A stretch of 64,000 nt of DNA from Callorhinchus milii (lineage: Eukaryota), in NCBI RefSeq assembly GCF_018977255.1, contig NW_024704742.1, positions 30,630,001 through 30,694,000 on the forward strand, written 5' to 3'. Below, piece by piece: positions 50,530-64,000 of this stretch (within the stretch, counting starts at the first letter, position 1; every line of letters begins with the position of its first letter). The position numbers and the translations under genes are program-made. A model generated the notes under the pieces. That model made no database searches. It was not told the origin of the DNA and saw only the letters and a list, made by a program, of their open reading frames with translations.

Positions 50530-51240
50530 AATCTTTCTTTCTTCTCCTTTCTTTCTCACCATTCCCTCTTTGAACATCTCCAATCCGGCTTCCGTGCTGC
50601 CCATAGTACGGAAACAGCCCTGGTCAAAGTCACTGATGACATTATTATAATAATAATCCTTGCATTTGATATAGCACTTTTCACATCTTCTCGACGTCTC
50701 AAAGTGCTTCACAGAATAGACTGTAAAGTGAATTGACTGTATATTTGTGGGTGAAATGCTGCAGCCAATTGCGCACAGCAGTGTCACACAAACAGTCGTG
50801 TTTGAAATGACCAATTTATTATTGTTTTATTTTCTTGAGGGATTATTATCAGGCGTGTGGAGTAAGGAAACTTGTCCAAGGTTTCACCCTGCCGGGAATC
50901 AAACCCAGGTCTCTTGCTTGCAAAGTGAGTGATCTAACCACTGAGCTACAGGACTCCACATGCTTTATTTGGAAAGAAGATGAACATTTGTGTCACTTAA
51001 AAAATTACATTTGTACTTGGAGTGAGCGCAAAGGAATCCTTTGGGTATTAATTCAAGACATTCTGAACATCTGTGATCAGGGTTCCCTCTGCCTCCTTGT
51101 TCTCCTCGACCTCTCTGCCGCCTTCGACACTGTCGACCACTCCATCCTCATACACCGTCTCTCCTCTTTACTTCATCTTCGCGGACCTGCCCTTGCCTGG
51201 TTCGATTCCTATCTCTCACCCACCTTCTCCACTTTGTTGC
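50530..51240 (+). mobile_element. L2 RT-domain fragment split by a SINE-containing insertion
   Basis: QSGFRAAHSTETALVKVTDDI ... DILNICDQGSLCLLVLLDLSAAFDTVDH. Confidence 0.92.
50644..50959 (-). mobile_element. Full-length SINE (short form)
   Basis: Family head, body and (TTA)n tail. Confidence 0.95.
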
Positions 51241-52221
51241 CTCTAATAGGTTCTCCTCCAGCTCCCGCTGTAGTGACCCACAAACAGTCATGGATTGAGT
51301 GACCAAATTTTTTTTGAAGAAGTTATTACCCCCGGAAAAACGATCTACCAATCAACCAACAAGCAGGTTCTTGCTTACTGCTAGATAAACAGAGGAGGGT
51401 GGAGTAAGGAATCTTGAATGAAGGGTACTATATAAATGCAAATTATTGTTGGTCAAATGATGCTTTTCCAGATGATCCTGCCTAAAACAAGCTTAAACAT
51501 TCTCGACCCAGCTTGAAAGTGCTCCAGAGTCTTAATTCAACACAAATTGGTATTAATTCTGTACCTTCACCGGCAGTGTAGCCAGCATCTATTACGAGAC
51601 CTCCCACCACCCATAGAGTACACAAAACTAACATGATGAGCAGAGCAAGCACAGAGCCATTCACATTTCTCCCTTGTGCATGGTATTTTTATTTATTCCA
51701 ATGCGTCCAGTTTTCTTTCAAATCCTCTCCCAAAGCTTCTTTTATTAATGTGCAGCTGTAATCGAACACTGCTGTTGCATAAGGCATTAAAATTAAACAG
51801 TTGACAATTTATCTAAAAGAAACTATCGAAAGCACTGAGGAAGCAAAAACGTGAGAAAACCTTAAAACTGGAAAAATAAAAAACTTTCTACTGAAAAATA
51901 AGGCATAGCTGTTCATCTGAAATGTACAAATCTTAGTTCATACAGATTTTTTAGTAGTTTTGATACTGTCAGTCAGAGGCCAACCCAGGCTCCTTTTGGC
52001 ACCATAATGTTTGTAACTTACTCACTCAAAGTAAGTTACTCAGCTGATATTCTCTCTCTTTTTGTAATGGCCGTGTTTTGCTTTCTCTTACTCTTTCTTC
52101 CCTTGTCTTTCTTTGTTCCCTTTCTCCTCAACCAGTCTCCACAACACTGAATAACTACATGGTTACTAAAAATCTTGACCGTTTTAAAGATGACTGGCCA
52201 CTAAAAAGTACATACGAAGTT

Positions 52222-52625
52222 TGCCTGGCTCAGTTGATAGTACCTTGGCCTCTGAGTCAGACATGGGTCCCACGTTGGGATAGTGCAAACAGTGCAATGC
52301 TGGAGAGGATGCTGCATTGTCGGAGGTGCCATAATTTAGTCGAGACGTAACCTGAGGTCCCGTCTTCCTGTTCAGATGCATATTAAAAATCCCATATAAC
52401 TAATCAAAAAGAGAAAGGATATTCTCCCAGTGTCTTGGACAACAATCCCCCAAATAAATCCCTCACTTCATGGCTGTTTGTGGACATTGCTGTGCACAAA
52501 TTGGTTGCCACATTTGCCTACAATTACACAGTCACTGCACTTTATTAATAAATCATGTGAATCGCTTTGAGATATTTTGATGAAGTGATATGGCGCTATA
52601 ACAAATACAAGAATTATTATTATCT
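52222..52625 (+). mobile_element. Old DeuSINE (SacSINE1-like)
   Basis: ggctcagttgatag..ctctgagtcag head and tgcattgtcggaggtgcc body. Confidence 0.8.
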
Positions 52626-55349
52626 ACCTCTACATATCATCTTGTTTTCAAACACAACAACTTGCATTTATATAGGGTCCTTCATACGGGGTAGCATCTT
52701 TGAACGCTTAAATTACAATAGATTACGTTTCAATAGAATACAAATCCCTTCAAATTACTCTTGCTGGAAATCAGGTGTAACAGTTCTTGTTCTTTAGCCA
52801 AAAAAGGTTTTATGTAAAATATGGACAGTAATTGCACTTTAGCTGATTACATATCATTTGTTTGTGTCATCTTTCACTGTGAATTGAGTATTGTATAATA
52901 TGTTTAGTGTCACATTAAGAATGGGATTGATATTCTGAACAAAATAGGTTTTGGGCAAGGTAAATCATGAAATACTTATCACTATGTTGATCTTGGTCTT
53001 CAAGCGGTGAAGTCAGAATCATTGCGAGCTTTATCAGCGTTCACTTTCTAAGTATTGATCTCTTATAATCAGCTATATCCAATTTAAGAACAGTTTTATT
53101 TTGTTTGACTTTGTCAGTAAGATTTGATGCATATGTAAAACAAATGGTACTGAACAGGAAAATTAAATCAAACCAGAAAAACAGTACATTGTGCATTTGT
53201 AATTTGAATTTTATTGTGTAGTGTTGTCACAATCATTTTTCGTATTTACATTTCAGGCGTATGAACCAAGCAATGATTAGGCCCCTTTACAGACTGCCAA
53301 AATCCAGCAACATTAAAATTCAGGTTCAACATCAATGAATTAAACATTTGTAGACACATTAACTACTCTGAAATATTCCAAGTTGATTTGTATCTCTAGA
53401 TTTCACTTACAACACCACAATTTGAAAGCAGGTAAACTGCAAATGTACTGCAGTGCAAATGTACTAAGTAGAATTTTAAATCAATAGCCATTTAAAATTG
53501 TCCTGATCACAGTGGCAGTGACATGAAATAGTCAAATTCAGTATTGTCTCTTTACATTAATGAAAACAATATTTTATTGCTTCTAATCAGCCGTCAGGCC
53601 TGATCAGGTAATGGTTTCGGTAACTGCTTGGGACAATGAGGTAAAGTGACCGAGCCCGACAGCGCTGTGTGAGAAAGAATTGTTTAATATTTCCAATTTC
53701 ATCATCGTCAATACTGTCAAAATTGTCTGGATTAAATAAATGTTACATGTGCCACAACCAGAAAAACATCCACAACCACTCAACAGTTGACATTAGCTCC
53801 TCAAAGTCTTCAGCAAACACCTGTCTAATTTTGATGGCACATCCTATCATTTGGAATGTTCTTTTGTAGGAAATTGTGGACTTTGAGCTGGTTACCTTGT
53901 TTACTGCTGCTTCACGCTGTTTGGACATGACCTGTGACTTACACCTCTAAGTCTCTTTCAGCTTCCTCATTGTTCGCTTCTTTCCTGTCCATAGACAGGA
54001 GAGATAGACATTGTGCCTCTGTTTTACTTCCTTTTTGTGGTACCATTTGACTGTATTAAACTTCATCTACCAATCATCAAGACCTACCTCTTTAATCACT
54101 CTTTCTGTCATCTCTCCCCTCCCTGCCCACTCAGCTCTACCCCCGGCACTGGTACCAAACCAGTATTGTCAAGCACCTTGGGACATCTTCCCAATGTAAA
54201 TTTGTAATGCGTGTTCCATCATTTCAGGTGCACCCTCTCTTTGTAAGATCTTAGCTGCCTGCTTTGATTCCAAAGGATCCTCTATCAGTATTTTAAAGTC
54301 CTGTATCCTGTATCCTTCACTCAAGGTTGCCCCCACACCATTTCCAATGCAATCTGTGAGCCGTTTCTTCTCAAAACATCTCATAAGGTAACAAGATTGG
54401 TTTGGATGAAGAAAACCTTTCTGATCTCATCCTTCCAGAACCATACCCCTATCACAGCATCAAGCTGCTTTTTAAATGTGTCCAGTGTCCTAGCCTCAAC
54501 CACTCTTCCAGGCAACCTGTTCCAGTTATTGATCACCCTCCCCCAAATGCATCCATGTCCTTCTGAAAGTATGGTGCACTCAAAAAACTGCACACTATGT
54601 TCCAAAAGATGGTCCATTTCCCACTCCACCGCCTGTGATGTACAACAGCAATGAAACACAGACTCAGTTGCAGAAGAGGGAAGGTGAACAGAGAGTTCAG
54701 ATGTAACTACTTTATTTGGAGAGTGATTTAAAAAGATTTATGGTAGAGGCAGATTATGACAGTGTGCACATGAGGGAGCCAGATAACTTCTTGACAAATA
54801 AGTTATTTAAAGGGTATCAGAGAGGTAGTGAGGAACTAGTTATGTTTGAAAAACATATCATGTTTTCAAAGTTTGGGACCATCCAGATGCTCTCCAGCTT
54901 GGCACGCCTACATTCCTCCAACACTTCATTCTGATTGACAGTCAAATGCCCTTGAGATGCAGCATAGAATTTGATCAGCTTTGTAAGCACCAGCTTCACA
55001 TTGACTGGGGACCTTCAATGAATGATCAGTCAGATTTAAATCCTTTCTCTCCTCTGTTTCTGCTGATGGACGGCCCTTCATTTTGTACATGATCACTGTT
55101 TCTCGTTCCACTATACATTACCTCTGCATTTGAATCTCTCCGTCACTGCATAATTGAAGTACATATTTTTCATCAAGATGAGTGACTATGATAATGCTTC
55201 GACAATAAATGTTCAAAACCTTTTATCTCACAGCTTTGCATTGTTTTTTCATCTGCATTTCTATTTTGTGCATGTCAGATTATGTGCCATGCGTAAACCA
55301 TGTTTAAGGTCACAGCTTCCCTTAATTATGTCATTAACAATGTCATGAA

Positions 55350-55691
55350 TCATGTAATAGTAACATTTGATATAACACCTTATCACATATTTGAGAAGTC
55401 TCAAAGCGTTTCACAGAATATATTCTACAGCAGATTAAATGTATTTTGTGGTCAAACACAGCAGCCAATTGTGTACAATGGTGTCCCATATTCAGTCATG
55501 TATTGAGTGACCCAATTTTTTTTGAGGGATTATTACCCCAGAAAGCATTCCGTCAATCAACTAACAACCGGGTTCCTACTTACTGCTAGGTAAACAGAGG
55601 TGTGTGGAGAAGGAAACTTGCATAAGGTTTCGCCCCCCAGGAATCCAATCCAGGTCTCTTGTAGGCAAGGCGACCACACTACGGGACTCCA
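55350..55691 (-). mobile_element. SINE long form, degraded
   Basis: ctaacaaccgggttcctacttactgctaggtaaacagagg segment and family body. Confidence 0.85.
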
Positions 55692-55799
55692 TGTTATGTA
55701 ATGAACAAGACTGGTTAATTTCAGCCTTGAAAGTCCTTTTTCGTTTGATCTTAATCATGTAATTAAAATAATCTGTAATTTCCTCTGTCCACATGGTTT

Positions 55800-56222
55800 A
55801 TACCTGTGGACAACCCATACCCTAATTGTCAGCCTGCCTCACAACAAAACTAGCTGAAACCCTCATCCACACTTCTTGTGTGGACTGTTCCAATGCCCTC
55901 CTTACTAGTCTCCCCAGCTCCACCATACACAAAATTCAACTAATTCAAAACTAACTCTTCCCCTCCATTCCACAATCGGTGGCCGCACCTTCAGCCACTA
56001 CGCTGCAAAACTCTGGAACACTCTCCGTCAATCCTTCCGCCTTGCCTCCTCCCTCCCCACTTTCAAATCCTGCCTAAAGACCTTCCTTTTTGATCGTGCT
56101 TACGGTCACCTCCCCATTCCCTCTCCCCCTTGCTTGGTTTCAGACTCCACCACTGTCATGTGCTCCAGGATGCTACCCCGTGTGTAGGACTCTATATAAA
56201 TGCAAGTTGTTGTTGTTGTTGT
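55800..56222 (+). mobile_element. L2 3' fragment (family B)
   Basis: ttcagccactacgc..ctctggaac and (TTG)n tail. Confidence 0.85.
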
Positions 56223-59177
56223 TAGCAGGCTCTGAGTCATAAGGTTGTGGGCTCAAATCCCACGTCTAGACTTTGAACTCACATAGTTTAACTTAACACT
56301 CCAACATTGTGCTGGGGCAGATGTGCTGAATTGTTAGAGGTCTAGTCATTAAGCCAAGGTCCTATCTGCTCATGACATGATTCAGAAAGAGAAGGAGTTT
56401 TTTCTGATGTCCTTGACCACCAATCCCTCAAATAAAATTGGTCACTAATTCCATGGCTGTTTGTGAGACATTGCTATGTGCAAATTGCCTGCTGCATTCA
56501 TCTAGAAAATATACAATCACTACACATTCCAGTAACACTTTGTTCAACATGCTGTTACACAACTTCAAGGTCTTCACCCTCATCTATAAGTTTTTTCACG
56601 TCCTGGCACCTCTCTGATCTTTTCCTGCTCGCCCCCACCATTCAACTAACTCAGATCTGCTGCAAGTCTCCCACCCCAAGCATTGATGGCCAAGCCTTCA
56701 GCCACTATGCCCCTAACCTTTGCAAATACCTCCCTCATCCCTTCCGTCTTGTCCCTTCTCAACCCGTCTTCAAATCCCACCTTAAAATCATCCTCCGACC
56801 ATGCCTTCACTCACCTCCCCCGACCTCCGCTACCCTCAACCCTTCCTCCTTACTCAGCATCCAACTCTGCTGATGTGAAGAACTCCGAGTTGCTCTTCTA
56901 CATGAAGGGCCCTGTACAAATGCATGTTGTTGTTGTTCTGGTGTGGGCTTAGGAAGTATCCCATTGCGAGGCAATACGAACACCTGGATTGCTCCAGAAA
57001 AGATCCTAACCTTATCCACTGCCTGCAGCACAGACACTTTACATTAGGGGCAATTACATCTTGATCAAATGTGGGAATAAGTTAGGAAGCTGTGGATCCA
57101 AATGTTTGACTTGTCAATAGCAACCTGGAACTCACCCAAAGCTCAAACATATCATAAATGAAGCACGATTATGAATATGCTCCATGCAACATGATCAGTT
57201 ATCTGTGCATTCAGAAAGCTGAATGAATACAAGGGACCTTTTCTCTCAATGTCCATCAAGCTGAATGATGTCCCTGCTTGTGAATTTAACAATTTTTGCC
57301 TTTTGCAGTGTCAATGTTTAGCACTCCCAGGTCCCAGAAATGCCCTCCCCATCTGAACTTCCATTTTCAACACCATTTATCTTGATGGCTGGAGTGTGAT
57401 TGGCAATTTAGTCCTAATTGTGCCAAATGATGTGGCGTGTGCTATGGATCGCGTCCAGCGGAAATTGGATTGAAACCAGCAGCTCTCATTGCATAAAAGA
57501 CAATTTATTTGCTCAAATTTATGACCCTCAGCAGAATTACTCAGATCCTTGTTCTGACCTTCAAATTCCTTCACGGTCTCACCCATCCTTCCACATGCTG
57601 TCTCGTCCAACCCTAACCCCCTCCAGTACCCTCTGTTTCTGCTCTATTGCTCGTTCCTTATTCTCTTGGTCTCATTGGAAACCCAGCCTTCAGCCATTCC
57701 ACCACTGGAACTTTTCCAAGCAGCTTCACTACTACCTTCAAAACCTAATTCAACCATTGGTTATGGTCAATGTCCTTAATTCTCTCTTCCTTCTACCCTG
57801 CTCAGTGCTCTCTATTCATATTTATTAAGTGCTTTCTACAGGATAGATGCAGTTTCTACATGAAACATACAGTAATAAGTGCATGTTGTTAGAGCTAAAT
57901 CTTCAAGTAATCATCAGTTTGGCCTGGATTCAAACCCAGGCAATACTTCAACTCCGGGCTTTGAACCCATCATTAAATTTTCCTTTTAATTTCTTTTCTT
58001 GCATTGCTTTTATTTATATTTGAACCAGAATCCATATTACCTTTCCAAAGGGAACTAAACAAATAATAATCATAATCCTTACATTTGCACATTTCACGAA
58101 AGGAGGACATATCAAAGAGCTTCACAGGATTTTACTGTGAAACATAGTGACTGTGTGTTTTGTGGGTGAACACGGAGACAATTTGCACACAGTTGTGTCC
58201 CACAAAAAGCCATGGAGTAAGCAATAGGGGTATTGGGAAAGGGTAAGTAAATGGGACTGAAAGGATTGCTCTTAAAAGGACCAGCAGAGATACATGGGCC
58301 AAATGGCCTTCTTCTGTCCTATATATTTCTATGTTTCTAAATAATAAAAAGTCTGGAGGGGTTGTTCTAGAGCTTGTCATTCTTGGACATGTTCTAGAGT
58401 GTGCCGTTACTTTACTTTAATAATAATAATTTAGTCACTCAATCCATGACTGTTTGTTGGACATTGCTGTGCGCAATTGGCTGTCATGTTTTGCCCACAA
58501 AATATATAGCCAATTCACTTTACAGTATATTCTGTGAAGTGCTTTGAGACATCTCGAAGACGTGATAAGGCGCTACATTAAATGCAAGGATTATTATTAT
58601 TATTTACTGGGACAAGTTCAGAAGAGAATTCCCCGCTCTGTCTCACTCGCCCCAGTGTCAGCACAATGGTTTGTCCTGAGGCTGATTGAGTTTTCCACAG
58701 ACTTTGTTCTCACCAAACTCTGGTTGAGTTATGCTGGTATTCCACACAACAGAAGATAAAGCAGTGAAAACAAAGATGTCCATGACAAACAGCCAAGGTC
58801 ATTCTACCAAAATGAAGGAAGGGTGCTGTTCACCTCCAGACATATCAATGACTAAAGACAGGTTTGGATCATCCTCATGGCTGCAGATAATTTTAAAATT
58901 GCTGATGGCTTTCTTTCGGTCAATCGGACATCAAACACTGCCATGCTTAACAGTATCCAAACCAGTCAGAGTTCCATAATTGCCTTTCCAAGTCCTGCCA
59001 ACAAACTAGGCTGTCTGCTCTGTTAAAAGCAGTGCATTGGAGTACTGTGGACTTGCCTGACTTAAAAAACCTGACCACGGAGTCCTCCACAAAGAGTGAA
59101 CCAGATTCTGATATTCCGTTAATTATAGTTATCACAACACAATATAATAATAATCCTTACATTTGATATATTGTACA

Positions 59178-60015
59178 AGACAACAACAACTTGGATTTAT
59201 ATAGCGCCCTCCACGCCAGACGGCATGTCAGAGCGCTTTACAGTTTCGGATCCCGGGACCGAGCCAGGGGGAGGAGGGTGACCAAAGGCGCAGTCGAAAA
59301 GAAAGGTCTTCAGCTGAGACCTGAAAATGGGAAGAGAGGGGCGAGACGAAGGGAGTGAGGAAGGCAGTTCCAGAGCCTCGGGGCATAGTGGCTGAAGGCA
59401 ACGGGTGCTGTTTTGAGGAGCGCAGAGACTTGAATACGAGGATGAGGATCTTGAAGTCGATCCTCTCTGGGATAGGCAGCCAGTGCAGTCTGGCAAGGAC
59501 TGGGGTGATCAGGGAGCGGAGTTTCGTCCGGGTGAGAATGCGGGCAGCAGAGTTCTGAATGAGTTGGAATTTATGGATGGTAGTGGATGGGAGACCGGCG
59601 AGGAGGGCGTTGGAGTAGTTCATCCGAGAGGTGACAAAGGCCTGGACCAGAGTTTCAGCGGCTTTTGGGGAGAGGTATTGGCGTAGACGGGCGATGCAAC
59701 GTAGGTGGAAAAAGGGGGTGCTGGTAAGGGACCGGATATGGGGGAAGAAGGAAATTGGGGGTCAAACCTGACGCCTAGGTTGCGTACGGGTTCGGAGAGT
59801 TTTAGGGGGAGGTCGGGTAGGTGAAGAAGGTGAGATCTATGAGATTTCAGTCGTTGACGAGAGCCGAAGAGTATGGTTTCCGTCTTGTCAACGTTCAGCT
59901 GAAGGAAGTTTGCGCTCATCCAGCCCTGGGGTCTGACAGGCCGGCTGACAGAACATCAGGGGACTGGGGGTCGCAAAGAGGGGTGGAAAAGTAGAGTTGG
60001 GTGTCATCTGCATAC
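59178..60015 (-). mobile_element. L2 LINE fragment (family B) from YADD to tail
   Basis: MYADDTQLY, NFLQLNVDKT, RNLGVRFD, LHWLPIPERIDFKIL. Confidence 0.95.
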
Positions 60016-61744
60016 ATGTGTCATCTGCATACAATTTACTTCATTAAGACGTCTCAAAGCACTTCACAGAAAATACCATAAAGTGAATTCACTGTATATT
60101 TTGTGGGCAAAACGCAGCAGCCAATTGCACACAGCAGTGATCCACAAACAGCAGGAGATTGAGTCACCAAATTATTCTTATTTTTTGAAGGGATTATTAC
60201 CCCCAGAAAAACGATCCGACAATCGAAACAAACCCCTTTATCCCACAGTGAACAGACTTCTTTCAGTCCATACGATTTAACAAGCAACAAGATTGTACCT
60301 TGTGAACTGGAGAGTGGCTACAGCCAGAAATTGCTTCATTAATAAAGGAAATATTACAGCTTTTGCAAACAAAGATCAGACGCTTTCGAATAATCCATAT
60401 GAACAATGGATTGTCAGTTCAGGTTTGAAGCCATCACTGGCAGTTTATGTAGGCAAAGTGTTGAATATTTCATGGTTTGCTCTCCAAACGCTTATCGATT
60501 TCATAATATCAATGTCCTTCATAATGTAATATTAAAACGTATTTCAGCGTTTTTCCCTGGAGGCTCAGTTAACAAAAGCACTGTCAAACATTAGATTGAG
60601 CCACAGAAAGCGGGCTCAGACATGAGGAATGATCACAAGGGTGCCTGCAAAGAGGAGTCAGCACCTTCATGGGAGAGAATGGAAGAAATTGTAGCTAGGC
60701 AAATGCAAACATATTCATTTTGTGGTGGGTGATGGACAGGCTCAAGCAAATGATGTTTGCCGAAGTTCAATTGCTATACATTTTCTCTACAATAACCACT
60801 TTGCTAAAAAAAATTATCTCTGCAAGCTCTGATTGTAGTGTCCTTTGCATTTTTTTTTACTTGCCTCAATTCTCAAATTCTAATTTTATATTTCAAATGG
60901 CAGCCAGATATCATCTAATAATAATGATAATCCTTGCATTTGATCTCATCACTGAGTGTGACAAATATTGAGACCTTGCAGTCTATTACTGGCAATTAAA
61001 GCACTGCTGATGTCTTTGACAGCACCAATTCTCACTTGGCAATCGTCTTAATGATCATTTTGCTCTAGGGCTTCTCCAAGCACTGGAAGCCACTGCACAT
61101 CGAGAACACAAAGCACGTCAATTTTTGCTGAAGGAAGAGTGACAGGCATTTGCTGGTTTAAGATGCAATTCAAGTACTCAGATACGCTACACCACATGAA
61201 AGGCACTATATAAATGCAAGTCGCTGTTGTTGTTGAAATGGATAGATGGAAAATTTTCAAAAATGGTGGAAAAAAATATGCATCTGAACAGATTAATAGG
61301 TCTCTAAAGGATAGAGGGATTAAGGGATATGGGGATAAGGTGGGCAGATGGAGTTGGGTTAGATCAGCCATTATCTTATTGAAGGTAGGGCAGGCTCGAG
61401 GAGCCGAATGGCCTATTCCTGATCCTAATTCCTATTTTCCTCTTAACTCTTCGCAGACCTTCTTGAGCTTAGCAGACGTGAGCAAAAATGATTTTCCATA
61501 AATCTTTTGTGTTACAAACTATAAATGACAGGTAGATAAATGTGAAGAGTCATCGAATACAGTGTTTCTCAATTTATTGCATTGTTTAAATTGTCCAAAG
61601 AAATATTGGATGACCAGCTCGTTGTTAGTTCAGAAATGAAACAATGTTTGCTGAGGTACTAAGAGCTCCTTTCAGATCAGTGTATGGGTTGATGGGAGAC
61701 TCAATGAGGCTATTCTATCCCAATCACAGAAGGAGGGAGGGGAG

Positions 61745-61810
61745 GGAAGGGGAGTAAGGCAAGCTTGTCCACTGTAACCCAACTTATTCGATGTATTCAT
61801 CAATGATGCA
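61745..61810 (+). mobile_element. Old RT fragment related to the RTE/RTEX-like LINE
   Basis: Translates RGVRQACPL*PNLFDVFINDA. Confidence 0.7.
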
Positions 61811-62282
61811 TCGTATGGCAATGCAACATTGATGAACTTAAACACCCCAGTTGATTGTGCTTCCACAGTCTTCTGGGACCAAGGAGGCAAATGGATGCAT
61901 GAATGAACCAGGGGAAATAAAATTTACTAACAAATGCTCTACATATGGATTCATGACGACTGTGCTCAACAGAGGAATAAAACATGAAGAAACTCAACAC
62001 ACCAAATCATTTCAGTTCTGCTCATTAGGATCCAGAATGGCTTCAACCATATCCATGTCCCTGTTTCCCAACAGTAGACGACTAGGGAATGGCTGCACTG
62101 TTGGTGTATTCAAGAACAACTCTCATTTCCCCTTGCTAGACCATTATGGATCCAAGCTTAAATAATAAACACATCAAGGTTATTTTCCCCCACTCCCTTT
62201 CCCCAATGGGATCAGTAGGGATCAGTCCTGCTACAACTTCCAAAGAATATATAATAAATAATTATAAGAATAACAATCCTTG

Positions 62283-62556
62283 AGCCAGGTATCTGACACA
62301 TGTGGAAACGCATTACCAGGCTTAAGAGTATCCAAACACAGTCCACCTACACATGGAAATGCCAGAGATAGATTGTTGGAATGGAATGCGCACTCTCTCA
62401 CTGGAGGAAAGCATCCTGCTTATCTAATTCCAGAAAGTATTAGGCGCAGGTTGGCAAGAGCCAAGGCTTGGAGACCCAGAGTGTGTGTTGGAGTACTGTC
62501 AGAATCTAACCAGCTAAAACTGCATAGCTTGCTACTGATATTGCTTTCTGGCAAGC
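62283..62556 (-). mobile_element. 3'-end copy of the RTE/RTEX-like LINE
   Basis: Aligns with 18085-18370. Confidence 0.85.
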
Positions 62557-62779
62557 ATCAGGTATAGCGCCTTATCAGATCAAAATATGTCGAAGACATC
62601 TGCCTGGCTCAGTTGGCAGCACACACACCTCCGAGTCAGAAGGTTGCAAGTTCAAACCTCACATTAGGATTTTGAACTCAATAGAGATGCAATTGTTTTT
62701 CTACTCAGATTTACAGGAATCTGATGCCCCTCCTCAACAAATTTACATAAGTCATTCCTGAATAAAGAGATCCTTTCAC

Positions 62780-62818
62780 CTGTAATGTTGCTGCTCCAGT
62801 CATATTACTGATGATTGT
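62780..62818 (-). CDS. Candidate 39-nt exon (TIISNMTGAATLQ)
   Basis: Long AG-free pyrimidine tract, ACAG acceptor and CAG|GTGAAA donor; open only in phase 0. Confidence 0.35.
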
Positions 62819-63353
62819 CTGTTATGACATGGGAAAGTAACAGCAAGTGAATGAAAAGGAGGAGTTACTTTTTTTACTTTGTGAAGGGCCAAGGTCAAAA
62901 AAGAACAACATAGTTCTGAGCAAATTGCCAGATATACCCTCCTACTAGTTGGTTCTGTTCCTTTACCAATATTATTCTTCCTTTTGCTCTAGAGGATGTA
63001 CGTGATGTTGTGACTGGAAGAGAATGTGCAGCTGAAGATAGAGACAGATGGAGTTAAGAATGCTAGATTTACAGCTGACAGAAGGCACAATGGCAGTATA
63101 ATCATCAAATGAAGTTCACACTACAGAAAAGGTGTTCTGATAAATCGTTCTGATGCTACCTCCTCCACTATAACGATCTGCATAGAGTTACAAAGGGCGA
63201 TGATAAAGCACAGAAACAGGCTATTCAACCCAACTGTGAAAAGGTGTTATATCAAATGCAAAGATTATTATAACTAATCCACGCGAGCCTCCACCCCTTC
63301 TGTTCCCCTCACCTCTATTTCCTTCTTCCTCACGTATGCGACAAGTTTATTCT

Positions 63354-63667
63354 TAATAATAATAATCCTTGCATTTGATATAGTGCTTTTCACGTCTTCT
63401 AGACATCCCAACGCGCTTCACAGAATATACTGTAAAGTGAATTGACTGTATATTTGTGGGCGAACGCGGCAGCCAATTGCGCACAGCAATGTCCCACAAA
63501 CAGTCGTAGATTGAAAATGACCAATTTATTATTGTTTTTGTTTTTTGGAGGGATTATTATTAGGCGTGTGGAGTAAGGAAACTTGCCCAAGGTTTCGCCC
63601 TGCCTGGAATTGAACTCAGGTCTCTCACTTGCAAAGCAAGTGCTCTAACCACTGAGCTACAGGACTC
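63354..63667 (-). mobile_element. Young full-length SINE (short form)
   Basis: Near-identical to 12793-13117 and 30811-31131. Confidence 0.95.
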
Positions 63668-64000
63668 TTAAAAACATTAAGTACATTGATCTGCTTTGAT
63701 CTAATTCACTGATCTGATCTTTCCTTACACCCTATAATTTATTTTTTATTCATCCAATTCCCTTTTAAACATCTTTGTGGTATGGCCTTATCAAAGTTAT
63801 TAAAGTTTCAAAGGCACTCAACTGAAGAAACGCATAAGATGAAACATCCAATTATTCAGAACCAACCTAATGAGCCAGATATTGGAGGCACACAGATTTA
63901 TTGTGTCTTACAGTGAGTCTTAGCAGCTGATGTACCCATGCCCATCTAAAGAGCAATACTACTTCAAGGCCATTCACTGCAAGTCCCAGCTCACGCTAAT

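Overview
This is eukaryotic (vertebrate) genomic DNA. The repeat profile (tRNA-derived Deu/CORE SINEs, two L2 families, CR1, Neptune-type Penelope) points to a cartilaginous fish, plausibly a chimaera; this is inference. There is no intact long CDS. Nearly all supplied ORFs are pieces of decayed retroelements or chance ORFs. Mobile DNA found: many L2 fragments, a young tRNA-Ala-like SINE family, older SacSINE1-like DeuSINEs, CR1 fragments, Penelope ends carrying minimal hammerhead-ribozyme motifs, an unusual RTE/RTEX-like LINE, a non-autonomous Helitron and a hAT-Blackjack-type MITE. The unique DNA looks like large introns of an unidentified minus-strand gene. It has candidate small exons of 39, 41, 21 and 6 nt preceded by long AG-free pyrimidine-rich tracts; the 21- and 6-nt ones carry the UGC signature of SRRM3/4 neural microexons. 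A 24-nt perfect inverted copy of the 6-nt exon's branch-point region lies 6.3 kb away. Other oddities are a 137-bp palindrome, a ~250-bp inverted duplication inside an L2, a SINE inserted with 97 bp of extra 5' DNA, and a SINE subfamily whose 3' stem-loop carries the L2 loop sequence. The host gene could not be named. Exon calls are sequence-only hypotheses, and most repeat boundaries are approximate.
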